From contig JBGSZS010000018.1 in the NCBI GenBank assembly GCA_041750285.1, positions 224,001-288,000 of the forward strand: DNA of 64,000 nt, given 5' to 3'. This DNA comes from Candidatus Fermentibacteraceae bacterium. GTDB lineage: Bacteria > Fermentibacterota > Fermentibacteria > Fermentibacterales > JCC-6. A program made the translations under genes and the position numbers. Under the pieces are notes generated by a model. It made no database searches and was not told where the DNA came from. It saw nothing but the letters and a program-made list of their open reading frames with translations. This document shows positions 50,907-61,990 of the stretch, piece by piece (positions within the stretch are counted from its first letter, which is position 1; each line of letters opens with the position of its first letter).

Positions 50907-53750
50907 TTGAATGAACACACCATCAGGGTCAGGGGCGCCAGGGTTCACAACCTGAACAGCGTCTCAGTGGACATTCCCCGGAACAGGCTCGTTGTACTGA
51001 GCGGCGTTTCAGGCTCGGGCAAAAGTTCGTTCGCCTTCGACACTCTCTACGCCGAAGGGCAGCGCCGCTACATCGAGTCGCTCTCCGCCTACGCCCGGCA
51101 GTTCCTGGGTCAGATGGACAAACCCGACTACGACTCGATCGAAGGCCTATCCCCCGCCATTGCCATCGAACAGAAAACGGTGAGCCACAACCCCCGCTCA
51201 ACGGTGGGTACCGTCACCGAGATAGCCGACTACCTTCGGGTGCTTTTCGCCAGGGTGGGCGAACCCCATTGTCCCACATGCGGAAGGCCGGTCTCCTCCC
51301 AGACCGTTCAGCAGATGACCGACACGATCCTCAGAATGCCGCAGGGCACCCGGATCATGGTTGCAGCCCCTGTAGTGCTGAACAGGAAGGGCGCCCGGGC
51401 CGACCTCATCACCGACATCAGGAAAAAGGGCTTCGTAAGGGTCATCCTCGACGGTGTTGTGACCCAGATAGACGACCTCAGGCAGCTCGACCCAAAAAAG
51501 CGACACTCCCTGCACATCGTGGTGGACAGGATCCAGGTGGGTCCCGGCATCGAGAGCCGCCTGGCCGACTCGGTCGAAACCGCCGTGAAGGAGGGAGAGG
51601 GGATACTTGCGGTGATCGACGCCGACACCGGCGAGGAGACCCTGATGAGCGAGAAGAGCGCGTGCGTCGTCTGCGGCGTCAGCATGCCAGAGCTGACCCC
51701 CCAGCTCTTCAGCTTCAACAATCCCGCGGGAATGTGCCGGAGCTGTTCGGGGCTGGGTTTCCAGATAAGGGTCGACCCCGATCTCGTCATCCCCCGGCCC
51801 GCCCTTTCAATAAGGGACGGCGCAGTTGCGCCCTGGGGCATTCCACACGGGTGGGTATCGGCGGCACTGAAGAGCCTGGCCCGCGAATTCGACTTCAACG
51901 TGGGCACTCCCTGGAAAAGGCTTTCACAGGAGACGAAAGACCTGATCCTGTACGGCTCGGGTGACAGGCCAGTGAGGTTCGACTGGCAGGGTTCGTCAAG
52001 CCAGGGCAGCTGGACCGGACCCTTCGAAGGCGTCATCCCCCGACTGGAAAGGCTTCAGCGAAGCACCAGCAGCGAGGGCATGAGGGAGCAGTACGAAAAA
52101 TACTTCAGGCGCTACACCTGTGATGAATGCGGTGGCACCAGGCTTCGTCCCGAATCCCGTGCCGTCCTTTTCTGCGGAGTCTCCATGGCCCGGGTTTCCT
52201 CCATGACCGTCGGCGAGGCCGACGCCTTCTTCGGCTCGCTGAAGCTCGACCCGGCACGGGCGCTCATCGCCACAGGCCTTCTCAAGGAGATCTCCGCCAG
52301 GCTCGGTTTCCTGAGGGACGTGGGCCTGCACTACCTGGCACTCGACAGACCGGCCCCGACCCTCGCAGGAGGAGAATCCCAGCGGATAAGGCTGGCCAGC
52401 CAGATCGGCAGCGGGCTCACCGGTGTGCTCTACGTTCTGGACGAGCCAACCGTGGGGCTGCACCCCCGCGACACCTCACGACTGGTGTCCACCCTTGAAC
52501 ACCTGAGAGACCTCGAGAACACGGTTCTTGTCGTCGAACACGATCCCGAGACACTGCTGAAGGCCGACCACATACTCGATTTCGGCCCCGGAGCCGGAAC
52601 AAGCGGGGGCAACCTGATCGCCCAGGGCACGCCGCGCGAGATAATGGACAACCCGGCCTCCATAACCGGCGACTACCTCTCGGGCAGGAAGACCATCGTC
52701 AGGCTCGCTTCACCAAGAAAGCATTCCCATGGCACTCTTAAGATCAGGGGCGCTTCACTTCACAACCTGAAGAACGTCGACCTGTCAATTCCCCTGGGCA
52801 AGATGGTGTGCATCACGGGTGTTTCAGGTTCAGGCAAGAGCAGCCTCATAACCCAGACGCTCTACCCCGCCGTAGCCTCGGCCCTGGGAACCGGCTCCGC
52901 CAGCCTCAGACCGGGCCCGTTCACTGAGATGACCGGAATCGAAAAGGTGGACAAGGTGATCTGCATCTCCCAGGACCCGATAGGAAGGACCCCCAGGTCC
53001 AACCCCGCCACATACACCAAAACCTTCGACTCCATAAGGAACCTCTTTGCAGAGCTTCCGGAATCCAAGGTGCGCGGATACAAGCCCGGAAGGTTCAGTT
53101 TCAACGTGAAGGGCGGCCGGTGCGAAGACTGCGGGGGAGCGGGTGTCAAAAGGATAGAGATGCACTTTCTGCCCGACGTCTACGTGGAATGCGACACCTG
53201 CCACGGCCTCAGGTTCAACAGGGAGACGCTCAGGGTCAGGTTCAGGAACTACAGCATATCCGACATCCTGAACCTCACCGTCGACGACGCCATGACCCTT
53301 TTCGAACGCATCCCGCAGGTGTCAAGCACTATAAAGGTGCTTTCGGACGTTGGGCTTGGCTACATCAGGCTGGGGCAGCCCGCCACGACCCTGTCCGGTG
53401 GCGAAGCGCAAAGGGTCAAACTGGCCAGGGAGCTGGCAAGGCCCTCGACGACCCACACGCTCTACATCCTCGACGAGCCCACCACGGGCCTCCATCCGCA
53501 CGACGTGAACAGGCTCCTCATCGTGCTCGACCGTCTCGTGAACGCCGGCAACACCGTGATAGTCATCGAGCACAACCTGGATGTGGTGAAGAACGCGGAC
53601 TGGATAGTGGACCTCGGCCCCGAAGGCGGTGACGGCGGCGGAATGATAATCGCCACGGGAACACCCGAAGACATTACCGCGCACCCCGGGTCGCCCACCG
53701 GCCACTACCTGGCCCGGGTCATCGAGCGCGCGTCAAAGACGGAAGTCTAA
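50907..53750 (+). CDS. uvrA: Excinuclease ABC subunit A
   Basis: GARVHNL, two GVSGSGKSS Walker A motifs, Zn fingers, [11 protein letters not shown] start. Confidence 0.97.
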   Translation: MNEHTIRVRGARVHNLNSVSVDIPRNRLVVLSGVSGSGKSSFAFDTLYAEGQRRYIESLSAYARQFLGQMDKPDYDSIEGLSPAIAIEQKTVSHNPRSTVGTVTEIADYLRVLFARVGEPHCPTCGRPVSSQTVQQMTDTILRMPQGTRIMVAAPVVLNRKGARADLITDIRKKGFVRVILDGVVTQIDDLRQLDPKKRHSLHIVVDRIQVGPGIESRLADSVETAVKEGEGILAVIDADTGEETLMSEKSACVVCGVSMPELTPQLFSFNNPAGMCRSCSGLGFQIRVDPDLVIPRPALSIRDGAVAPWGIPHGWVSAALKSLAREFDFNVGTPWKRLSQETKDLILYGSGDRPVRFDWQGSSSQGSWTGPFEGVIPRLERLQRSTSSEGMREQYEKYFRRYTCDECGGTRLRPESRAVLFCGVSMARVSSMTVGEADAFFGSLKLDPARALIATGLLKEISARLGFLRDVGLHYLALDRPAPTLAGGESQRIRLASQIGSGLTGVLYVLDEPTVGLHPRDTSRLVSTLEHLRDLENTVLVVEHDPETLLKADHILDFGPGAGTSGGNLIAQGTPREIMDNPASITGDYLSGRKTIVRLASPRKHSHGTLKIRGASLHNLKNVDLSIPLGKMVCITGVSGSGKSSLITQTLYPAVASALGTGSASLRPGPFTEMTGIEKVDKVICISQDPIGRTPRSNPATYTKTFDSIRNLFAELPESKVRGYKPGRFSFNVKGGRCEDCGGAGVKRIEMHFLPDVYVECDTCHGLRFNRETLRVRFRNYSISDILNLTVDDAMTLFERIPQVSSTIKVLSDVGLGYIRLGQPATTLSGGEAQRVKLARELARPSTTHTLYILDEPTTGLHPHDVNRLLIVLDRLVNAGNTVIVIEHNLDVVKNADWIVDLGPEGGDGGGMIIATGTPEDITAHPGSPTGHYLARVIERASKTEV

Positions 53751-53919
53751 AACAGGCTCCCACTTCATCCGCTGTTTCATGGAGCGACGAACGGGAACAT
53801 TGAAAGCCTCTTCATGACTATTGCCTCGTGGCGGATGACTTGAACGGGGAAGCTGAGGATTTACGCTTTCCCGGGTGAGGGGATTGGCCGGGCAACCACT
53901 GATCGTGCGGAGGAACGAA

Positions 53920-54291
53920 ATGATCTCGAGAACTGCTGCCCTTCTTGGTGTTCTTCTTGTTTCGGCCGGCTGCGGGAGTTCACCCAGTGACCCGGGAACC
54001 CAGGAACAGGGACCCGCGCTTGTCAGCCCCACTGACGGGGCTTCCGAGACCGGTCCCGAAGTGACTTTTGCCTGGGATGCGGTGACAGGAGCCACAAAGT
54101 ACTATCACCAGGTTGCTTCAAACGCCTCGATGCAGAATCCTCTGGAAACCGTTGTCACCTCGACAGCGGCGACTGTCAGTCCGGGTGCTGCCGGAACATG
54201 GTGGTGGAGGGTTCGTGCTTCGGTATCGGGCCAATCCACCTACACGCCGTGGTCGGCAATCTGGTCATTCACTCTGAACCAGCTACCCTGA
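53920..54291 (+). CDS. Small lipoprotein, FN3-like
   Basis: GGAGG RBS, SAGC lipobox, P.LVSP.DG...F.W.....A..Y...WWWRVRA...WS.IWSFT. Confidence 0.75.
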   Translation: MISRTAALLGVLLVSAGCGSSPSDPGTQEQGPALVSPTDGASETGPEVTFAWDAVTGATKYYHQVASNASMQNPLETVVTSTAATVSPGAAGTWWWRVRASVSGQSTYTPWSAIWSFTLNQLP

Positions 54292-55917
54292 GTTCGTCCT
54301 TCCTGAAGGATCTGCCGGCTGTTCACCGTATGCTGCCAGACCCGACAACGACTTCAGCTGCCAGACCTGGTTGGTCCCGAAATCGCATACGTACTCGTAC
54401 CTGTCAAGGAAACTGCTGTCCCGAAAGACAAAGCTCTCCTCCCATTCCAGGAAGTACGCCACATCCCGGGATTCGAGGTACTGCCCGTAGTGCCCCGCGG
54501 GAAGCCCGAGTATCTCGGTATTCACCTTTCCGTCGGTATTGATGGTCCTGTCATGAAAATAGCCAAGCGTGCCCGACTGGCTGGCCCCGACCCATGTGTC
54601 CACGGAGACGTTCTCCCTGACCCAGCCCCAGTGGTACAGGTACATGGGGTTGTATGGCTCTGAATAGGTGGAAACGGTAACCGCAAGGTTGAACAGAATC
54701 CCGCCGGCGAGCACTACCACGGTGTACCTGTCGCGAAGACGGTCCAGAACGGAGGCAAGAACGGCGACCGCCGCTATCGAGACAGGTATCAGGTACCGGT
54801 TCATGTACCACTCCACATTGAAGAAAAGCACGTAGAACAGAAACAGCCCGAGCAGGAACAATGGGAAGAACGAAAGGTCCCTCCATGGGAGCATCTTCCG
54901 GAACTCACTTCCCTTGATGGTCCTTGATGCCATGAACGCGAACACCGCCACTGCAGCGGCCTTGACGGCAAGCAGGGCGACCGATCTCACCGTGACGGAA
55001 TATATGGCGCGCAACGGCACCCAGAGTACGAACGTGAGGTTGTCCAGTGTTACATGCGCTGCGTACCACAGGTTTCTCAGGATCTCGGGAATGATTGTCG
55101 AGGCATCAGCGGTGCGGCCCATTGTCTGCACCAGCCCGGAGATCGGCAGTGGGTTGCCGGTGAGCCCGATGTTGTAAAGCCACCAGGGCAGCGTGGCAAG
55201 CGCCCAGCCGGCAGCCCAGCGTAGCGGTCCCGAAACGAACCTTCGGAAGGCCCCTCTCTCCCCCCCTCCTTCCGCCGGTCCCGCAATGAACACGTAGTGT
55301 ATGGCCAGTGCGGCGGCGAACAGGCCCGAATCGATCCTGGTCAGCGTGACGATTCCAAGGAAGACGCCGAACAGGACACCTGCAGGAAGACCGGGTCTGG
55401 CCCTGGCAGCGAAGCGCAGGTAGAGAATGGCTGCCAGCATGAGCATCAGAAGGTAAAGGCCGGTCTCAAGACCGTTGGTGCTCTCCTTCATGATGTTGTA
55501 CGAGCAGGCCCAGAGTGCGGCCGCGATCCATGCGGCCCGTCTGCGGCCCGTCAGGTAACGGATCAGGCCGAACACCGACACAACTCCCAATAGATGGATC
55601 ATCAGATGAAGGCCGTGCACCAGCCTGAGAGCCTGGTACCTGTCCGGTGTCACGAGGTAGAGCAGTGAGCAGAGAAAGACGAAAACCGGTTGTATCCCGT
55701 TCGTCGGGATCTCGCCGTCGGATACGGAAAGCCCCTTTCCGATGGCCAGATTTCTGGACACGGTGAGCCCGTAGAATCCGTCATCCCGAAAAGGCCTGTC
55801 CGCAAGCATTTCAGTGGGTCTGAAAATCAGGGCGACATGAATGAGCATTCCGACGGCAAAATTGACAAGTATCATGAATCGGGGCAGCCGGCTCACGGTT
55901 TTCATCACACTCTCCAT
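54283..55917 (-). CDS. GT-C fold multi-TM glycosyltransferase-like protein
   Basis: DDGFY first loop, TNG, NGLET, TRIDS, NRY; about 12 TM segments. Confidence 0.7.
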   Translation of the reverse strand: MESVMKTVSRLPRFMILVNFAVGMLIHVALIFRPTEMLADRPFRDDGFYGLTVSRNLAIGKGLSVSDGEIPTNGIQPVFVFLCSLLYLVTPDRYQALRLVHGLHLMIHLLGVVSVFGLIRYLTGRRRAAWIAAALWACSYNIMKESTNGLETGLYLLMLMLAAILYLRFAARARPGLPAGVLFGVFLGIVTLTRIDSGLFAAALAIHYVFIAGPAEGGGERGAFRRFVSGPLRWAAGWALATLPWWLYNIGLTGNPLPISGLVQTMGRTADASTIIPEILRNLWYAAHVTLDNLTFVLWVPLRAIYSVTVRSVALLAVKAAAVAVFAFMASRTIKGSEFRKMLPWRDLSFFPLFLLGLFLFYVLFFNVEWYMNRYLIPVSIAAVAVLASVLDRLRDRYTVVVLAGGILFNLAVTVSTYSEPYNPMYLYHWGWVRENVSVDTWVGASQSGTLGYFHDRTINTDGKVNTEILGLPAGHYGQYLESRDVAYFLEWEESFVFRDSSFLDRYEYVCDFGTNQVWQLKSLSGLAAYGEQPADPSGRTNSG

Positions 55918-56067
55918 TCAGGAAGAAGCGGATCTCCGTTCAACCGCACCAACGGCAATAATCGTTCGTAAATCATATACTATGTATTTATAGTTGTACA
56001 TGTCTTCAAAGACAATATGACCTGAATCCGGTACCCGCTCCTTCCCGGGAATCAGTTGACTGTCGTT

Positions 56068-56841
56068 TCAGACGGGGATGGAGACGGGCGGATCGCCCTG
56101 GACCTCGATGTCCGGCAGCATGGTGAGGTTGCGGGGCACGCCCCGGGGAGCCAGGGCCTGGGCGGGGTCGGGGATCAGGCCGGTGGCATAGCCCAGCCTG
56201 CTCATTGCGAGCGGGGAAGCGACAATGATAACGCCCTTCCGGCTGCCGGCCGCGAGGCGGTGGAGTTCCGCGGCGAGCGGCATGATGCCGGTGTGATGCC
56301 TGATGGAGTCGGCGTAGAAGCTTCTGGCCCGGCCCGAGAGGATGTCTTCCGAGAATGTCGTCTGACGTGCACCAACATCGCCGACGAGAACCGATGTCCT
56401 GACCACGAGGGCGTCGGGGTTGTGCCTTGTAACCGCGATGTCCCCAAGAAGCTTGGTCCAGCCGTAGAAGGACATCGGCACTGCCGGCGAGTTCCTTTTG
56501 TAGGGAGGAATGCCGCCCGACCAGACAAGGTCGGTGGAAACATGAAGCATTCTGATGCGGTTCTCCCTGCAGTAAAAAGCGAGTTCGCCGGGCCAGACGC
56601 TGTTGAGCAGGAAGGCCCGCACAGGGTCGGCAAGGCATCCGCCCGTGGAACTTTCCGCAGCGCAGTTTATCACTGCACCGGCGCCTTCCGGCAGCAGGGC
56701 TTCCGGAGGGGTTGTCGTGAGGTCGGCCCCAATGGTTCCCGAATCACCGCTTCGGCTCAGGCAGAGAAGGCTGCCGCCCCGCGATGTTCTTCGCAGGGCG
56801 GTGCCGAGTCTGCCTGTGGCGCCGAAGAGGACCGTTGTCAC
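56068..56841 (-). CDS. dTDP-4-dehydrorhamnose reductase-like extended SDR
   Basis: GATGRLG, INCAA, HVSTD.V, YGWTK, VVRTS. Confidence 0.8.
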   Translation of the reverse strand: MTTVLFGATGRLGTALRRTSRGGSLLCLSRSGDSGTIGADLTTTPPEALLPEGAGAVINCAAESSTGGCLADPVRAFLLNSVWPGELAFYCRENRIRMLHVSTDLVWSGGIPPYKRNSPAVPMSFYGWTKLLGDIAVTRHNPDALVVRTSVLVGDVGARQTTFSEDILSGRARSFYADSIRHHTGIMPLAAELHRLAAGSRKGVIIVASPLAMSRLGYATGLIPDPAQALAPRGVPRNLTMLPDIEVQGDPPVSIPV

Positions 56842-56842
56842 C

Positions 56843-57931
56843 CTAGTCCTGGAAGCGCCCGGGAGTCGAGAGGAGAAGGTTGAAAACACCCTCGGTGCTC
56901 AGTACCGCGGCATCGGTGGAATCGATGACCGCCTCGAGGGCTTCGAGTGACCGCGTGAACCTGTAGAAGTCGGGGTAGGCCTGGTAGGCCCTGGCGTAGA
57001 TGGCAGCGGCGGTGCTGTCGGCCCTTCCCTGGATTGCCAGGGCGAGCCTCTGGGCCTGGCTCGAGATGCTGTCCACCTTCAGGTCCGTCTCGGCGAGAAT
57101 GGTTCTGGCCATGCGGTGACCCTCGGCCCTGTACCTTGTGGAGATGCGGTTCCTCTCCGCCTGCATCCTTGAAAACACCGCGGCCTGATTCTCGGCGGGC
57201 AGGTCCGCCCTCTTGATCCTAATGTCCACGATGTGGATGCCGTACTGCGAGGCCAGCCTGCGGCTGTTCTCGGTGACCCTGTTCAGTATCACCTCGCGGC
57301 CCTCGCCTGCCGGAACCCTGAGCATGGGAATGATCTCGACGACCTCGCCGTCGGCCATGATGATGTCTCGGGTGGAGTCGGACAGGGTCATGCTGTTCAC
57401 GAGCTGAACGTAGGAGTTGAGACCGACAGGGTCGTTGGTGCTGCGAACGATGTTGATGAGGTCGCTTTTGCCCAGTTCCTGCCTGAGTTCGGAGTAGATG
57501 ACGTCATCCAGCCTGTCGAGCGCCTCCCTCTCCGTTCGCACGCTCTGGAGGAAAAGAAGGGGGTTCTGAATCCGCCACCTGGCGTAGCAGTCGGCCTGAA
57601 TGTGCTTCTTGTCTCGGGTGACGACATCGGCGGGGTCGTCGTCGTATTCGAGCACACGGTCGTCGAGGATGGTCACCTGCTGAAGGAACGGAACCTTGAC
57701 GTAAAGCCCGGCGCCTTCGGTCAGGGAAACATCGGGGGCGTTGGCGTCCATCCACTGCTGAAGCGCAGCCAGTTCATCATCGGTCCGGTTGCCCACGATT
57801 ACCCGGATGGGTTTTCCCAACTGCAGGACCACTGCCTGCTGTGTCTCGTTCACTATGAAGAGGGTACCGGTGAGCACCATTATCGCGACCGTGACAACGA
57901 TCACGATCAGGCATCCGCTGAACTTCCTCAT
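56843..57931 (-). CDS. hflC: FtsH modulator HflC
   Basis: TM plus SPFH domain; T.DKK....D.YARWRI, IKRADLP.EN...VFSRMQAER, F.RSLEA. Confidence 0.9.
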   Translation of the reverse strand: MRKFSGCLIVIVVTVAIMVLTGTLFIVNETQQAVVLQLGKPIRVIVGNRTDDELAALQQWMDANAPDVSLTEGAGLYVKVPFLQQVTILDDRVLEYDDDPADVVTRDKKHIQADCYARWRIQNPLLFLQSVRTEREALDRLDDVIYSELRQELGKSDLINIVRSTNDPVGLNSYVQLVNSMTLSDSTRDIIMADGEVVEIIPMLRVPAGEGREVILNRVTENSRRLASQYGIHIVDIRIKRADLPAENQAAVFSRMQAERNRISTRYRAEGHRMARTILAETDLKVDSISSQAQRLALAIQGRADSTAAAIYARAYQAYPDFYRFTRSLEALEAVIDSTDAAVLSTEGVFNLLLSTPGRFQD

Positions 57932-58914
57932 CTCACGCCCCCCGTTCCGAGACCGTAGTGGGTAAGCGCTCCGGCGTCGCCGTCCACGATGGTCAGGTCT
58001 ATCTGCGCGAGGACGGATTCGAGGGTTTCGAGGTGGAGCCGGATTGCGGTGGTCTGCGGGTTCTTGCGGTACTCTTCGGCAACGGCAATGAACCTGTCTG
58101 CGTCGCCGAGAGCCCTGTTGATCCTCACGGCGGCATAGCCCATGGCTTCGTTGACCATCGTCACCGAATCGGCCCTGGCTTCGGGTATAACCTGGTTCCG
58201 GTAGGATTCGGCCTCGTTCAGGTAGGCCTGCATGTCCTCCCTGGCGGTGGCCACGTCCTTGAATGCGAAGAAGACCTGGTCGGGAGGTTGAACGTCCTTG
58301 AGCTGCACCGCCACGATGTTCACACCCATGCCGTAAAGGTCGGCCAGGGACTGAACCTGCGCCTGGATGCGGATCTGGAGGTCGAGCTTGCCGGTGGTTA
58401 GCACCGCGTCGATTGCGTTGTCGCCTATCACCTGCCTGATGCTGGCCTCGGTGATGTCACGCAGCGTGGCCTCGGGACCCCTTACGTTGAAAAGATAGGC
58501 CCTTGCGTCGGTGATGCGGTACTGAACGATGGCCGAGACGTTTATGATGTTCTCGTCGCCGGTGAGCATCTGGGCTTCGGAGAGCATCTCGGCGTCGTTG
58601 TCGAAGCCCCTGTAACGCTGGGGATCGGTGTTCGGTATGGACCGGTAGCCGAACTCGATGCGCTGGACCACGTTCACGTCGGGCTTGTAAACGGTCTGGA
58701 TGGGCCAGGGAAACTTCAGGTGGAAGCCCGGCCCGGTTGTGGCCGTGAAACGCCCGAACGTGAGGATCACACCCTCCTGCTCAGGGCCCACGATGTAAAA
58801 AGGCCCCGCGGTGAGAAGCCAGATCAGCAGAATAACTCCGACGATGATCTTCCCTGTGGACTTCGGAAGCATGAACTCCAGTGGGTTTCCCCTCAAAAGA
58901 GCACCCCCTTTCAA
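57928..58914 (-). CDS. hflK: FtsH modulator HflK
   Basis: GFHLKFPWPI, MLTGDENI, QPPDQV..AF.DV..ARED, P.AR. Confidence 0.9.
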   Translation of the reverse strand: MKGGALLRGNPLEFMLPKSTGKIIVGVILLIWLLTAGPFYIVGPEQEGVILTFGRFTATTGPGFHLKFPWPIQTVYKPDVNVVQRIEFGYRSIPNTDPQRYRGFDNDAEMLSEAQMLTGDENIINVSAIVQYRITDARAYLFNVRGPEATLRDITEASIRQVIGDNAIDAVLTTGKLDLQIRIQAQVQSLADLYGMGVNIVAVQLKDVQPPDQVFFAFKDVATAREDMQAYLNEAESYRNQVIPEARADSVTMVNEAMGYAAVRINRALGDADRFIAVAEEYRKNPQTTAIRLHLETLESVLAQIDLTIVDGDAGALTHYGLGTGGVR

Positions 58915-60278
58915 TCCTGTTCGTCGCCGGGGGATCCAAGTTTCCGCTGAAGGGTACGCCTTCCCATGCCCAGCAGCATGGCGGCCTGGGTGCGGTTGCC
59001 CCCGGTGATCGCGAGTGTACGCTCAACAAGCATGTCTTCAGCTTCCTGAATGGTCACGGGAAGCTCCAGCACGAGCCGGTCGGTTCCCTCGCCCGAAGCA
59101 GGAGTGATCTCGGGCGGCAGGTCGGCCAGCGTTATCCTTTCCCGGCACATGATGAGAAGGCTTTCCATCATGTTCTTGAGCTGTCTGACGTTGCCCGGCC
59201 ATGAGTAGGCCTTGAGTGATTCCATGACCTCGGGGGCGATCTCCGGCATTGGAAGGTCATGCCTGTCCGATGCCTGACGGAGAAGTGTAAGGGCAAGCAG
59301 GGGAATATCGGGCCGCCGCCTGCGAAGGGGAGGAAGGTGTATCTCCACCACCTTCAGACGGTAGTACAGGTCCTCGCGGAACGTGCCGGCCCTGACCATC
59401 GCCATCAGGTCCCTGTTGGTGGCGGCAATGAGCCTAACATCAACGGGTGTGGTTCGATTGCCGCCGAGCCTCGTTATCCGCTCCTCCTCAAGCACCCGCA
59501 GAAGCTTTACCTGCACCGGAAGGGGAATTTCACCGATCTCATCGAGCATCAGTGTTCCGCCGTCGGCTGCTTCGAACTTCCCGGCGCGGGGGCTGTCCGC
59601 CCCGGTGAAGGCGCCGCGGTCGTGCCCGAAGAGCTCGTCCTCGAGAAGGGTCTCGGGGATGGCCGAACAGTTCATGACGAGGTACTCGCCCTTCCTGCCG
59701 CTCTGGTTGTGGATCCTGCGGGCGAGTATGTCCTTTCCCGTGCCGCTTTCACCGGTGATGAGAACCGTTGCCTTTATGGGGGCCACCCGCTTCACCATCT
59801 GAAGAACGTCTCCCATGGCCCGGCTTCGGTGGAGGATCTCGGATGGCTCTTCCGCTCTCGCGGGTCTCGCCGCGGCGGTTCGGGAAAAGAGGCTGCGGGA
59901 AGAGCGGGAGAAGGCCAGTTGAACGGCCTGCCTCCAGCCTTCGCGGGACTCGGGATCGAGAAGGATGTCGACAACGCCGGCCTTCATCCAGGCCACCGCC
60001 TCCTGGGCGCTTATCATCCTGCCGTAGATTATCACGCTGGCGTCGGTGTTGGCCCTTGAAAGTGTGTCGAGGAACGTTGACATGAGAAGGTCGTCGGTGC
60101 TGCTGCTGACCGCCAGAACGTTGACCGAACGTGAGCGGACCCTTCTCAGGGCACCCCGGGCGGTCCTCTCCTCGGTCGTGGTGCACCCGAGTTCGGAAAC
60201 CAACGCCCTGAGCCTGGCGACCCGGTCCTTGTCGGGGTCGACGAACATTACGGTTCCACGGCCAAGGCTTGTCGTCAA
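58911..60278 (-). CDS. sigma54-dependent enhancer-binding protein with atypical receiver domain
   Basis: GESGTGKD, ELFGH..GAFTGA, LDEIGE, FREDLYYRL, WPGNVRQL, Fis HTH. TTGA overlap with AGGAG RBS. Confidence 0.9.
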   Translation of the reverse strand: MTTSLGRGTVMFVDPDKDRVARLRALVSELGCTTTEERTARGALRRVRSRSVNVLAVSSSTDDLLMSTFLDTLSRANTDASVIIYGRMISAQEAVAWMKAGVVDILLDPESREGWRQAVQLAFSRSSRSLFSRTAAARPARAEEPSEILHRSRAMGDVLQMVKRVAPIKATVLITGESGTGKDILARRIHNQSGRKGEYLVMNCSAIPETLLEDELFGHDRGAFTGADSPRAGKFEAADGGTLMLDEIGEIPLPVQVKLLRVLEEERITRLGGNRTTPVDVRLIAATNRDLMAMVRAGTFREDLYYRLKVVEIHLPPLRRRRPDIPLLALTLLRQASDRHDLPMPEIAPEVMESLKAYSWPGNVRQLKNMMESLLIMCRERITLADLPPEITPASGEGTDRLVLELPVTIQEAEDMLVERTLAITGGNRTQAAMLLGMGRRTLQRKLGSPGDEQD

Positions 60279-61990
60279 ACCCGGCTCCTTTCCCTGGCCC
60301 TTTCCTTCATGACAAGAAACGGAGGCATCACCAGGGCGTCGATGCCTGTGCCGTAGAAACACCTGAGGGCGTCTGCCGGCGTGTTGACGATGGGCTCTCC
60401 CCTGACGTTGAAGGAGGTGTTCATGAGCACCGGAACCCCGGTGAGTTTCTCGAACTCCCTCATCACGTCGTAGTAGAAGGGGTTCACATCCCGCGACACT
60501 GTCTGGACACGGCCCGTCATGTCGACGTGGGTTACGGCGGGGATGACCTTCTCCATGCCCGGTACGACCGGGTATGTCTTGATCATGTAGGGACTCTCCG
60601 AGCAGCCCTGGAAATAGGTGGGCGCGTCCTCCACCGGGCAGACCGGAGCGAACGGTCTGAACCCCTCGCGAAGCTTGATGATCTCGTTGACTATGTCCTT
60701 CATCTCCGGACGTCTGGGGTCGGCCAGAATGGATCGGTTGCCAAGCGCCCGGGGGCCGAACTCCATCCTGCCCTGGTAAAGCCCGACCACGAAGCCCCTC
60801 TCCACAAGGGAGGCGGTGAGCGCCTCGAGGTTTTCCGGGCGTGAGTAACCGACCCGGGAACCCACCAGCGCGGATTCGACCTGCTCTGCCGTATGGCCGG
60901 GGCCAAGGAACATATGTTCCGGGGGGGTGAGGGGAACGCCGCCGTACACTTCCATGTGCACCGCCACAGCTGCACCGACACTCGTGCCGGCATCGTGCGA
61001 GGCGGGGAACGGGTGAACCTGCCGGAAACCGGCTTCCCTTTCGATGACGCCGTTCATCACACAGTTGAGTGCAGTGCCGCCCGCCATGGCCAGTATATCG
61101 GTCCGGGAGAGCCCGCGAAGGTGTTTCGCCATGGCCAGCCCCGCTTCCTCCAAAACCTTCTGGGCCGATGAGGCTATGTTCTCGTGCCGTGAGTCGAGGG
61201 GTTCTCCGGACTTGCGCGGCCCGCCTATGATGTTCAGTACTTCCCTGGAGAAAACCGAATGATGAACCCCGCGGCAAATGTCGAGAAGCCCGTGGTCTAT
61301 GCGTACCGAATCCCTGCGCGATATGAGGATGCGGCGGAAAAGGTCTGCATACACGGGTTTTCCGTAGCTGGCCAGACCCATTACCTTGTACTCGTCGCTG
61401 TCGGGCTTGAAGCCCAGAAAGGTCGTGACCGCGCTGTAGAAAAGCCCTGTGGAGTGGGGAAGCCTTGTCGCGGAAAACCTGCGGAGGCGCCCCGCAACGA
61501 TCTCACCCAGCATGCCCGAGTGGATCTCGCCGGCGCCGTCGAGCGTGAGTACCGCGGCGTCGCGGCAACCCGCTCCGAACCATGCCGACCAGGCGTGGGC
61601 GTCGTGGTGTTCGATGAAGTGAAAGGAGGGATTCGCATCGGGGCCGAATGTTTCACGGTAAACCCGGGGAACGCCGGCCATGCGTCTGGCCCCGCCGACC
61701 TGCCCCGCGAAGAAACCCATTGCGCCCGGTTTGCCCAGGTACCGTGGAAGCATGCGGAAGGCTTCGCCAAGAACCATGGATGGCTTCATGTAATAGGCCA
61801 CGTGAGCAATGTCGCGGGGTTTGAGACCCGCTTCGGAAATCAGATGGGCAATGGTTCTCGACGGGAATGAAGAATCATGCTTCCTGCGGGTGAAGCGTTC
61901 CTCTTCAGCAGCGCCCGCGAGCCTTCCGTCGAGCAGGAGGCATGCCGCCGAATCGTGTTTGTGGCAGTTGATCCCGAGAATGGCTTTCAT
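60275..61990 (-). CDS. O-carbamoyltransferase (NodU/CmcH family)
   Basis: HDSAA, EEERF.R.KH, EHH.AHA, DGAGE, EYKVMGLA.YG, AGG.ALNC, EFGPRALGNRS, NTSFN. Confidence 0.92.
   Translation of the reverse strand: MKAILGINCHKHDSAACLLLDGRLAGAAEEERFTRRKHDSSFPSRTIAHLISEAGLKPRDIAHVAYYMKPSMVLGEAFRMLPRYLGKPGAMGFFAGQVGGARRMAGVPRVYRETFGPDANPSFHFIEHHDAHAWSAWFGAGCRDAAVLTLDGAGEIHSGMLGEIVAGRLRRFSATRLPHSTGLFYSAVTTFLGFKPDSDEYKVMGLASYGKPVYADLFRRILISRRDSVRIDHGLLDICRGVHHSVFSREVLNIIGGPRKSGEPLDSRHENIASSAQKVLEEAGLAMAKHLRGLSRTDILAMAGGTALNCVMNGVIEREAGFRQVHPFPASHDAGTSVGAAVAVHMEVYGGVPLTPPEHMFLGPGHTAEQVESALVGSRVGYSRPENLEALTASLVERGFVVGLYQGRMEFGPRALGNRSILADPRRPEMKDIVNEIIKLREGFRPFAPVCPVEDAPTYFQGCSESPYMIKTYPVVPGMEKVIPAVTHVDMTGRVQTVSRDVNPFYYDVMREFEKLTGVPVLMNTSFNVRGEPIVNTPADALRCFYGTGIDALVMPPFLVMKERARERSRV

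Noticed and set aside
55918..56067. AT-rich spacer as a sign of an island boundary
   Set aside because: No direct repeats, tRNA or integrase; consistent with an ordinary promoter region.
60279..61277. 333-aa N-terminal extension of the bEBP in the ORF track
   Set aside because: Out-of-frame overlap with the carbamoyltransferase; true start is TTG 60278 with an RBS.
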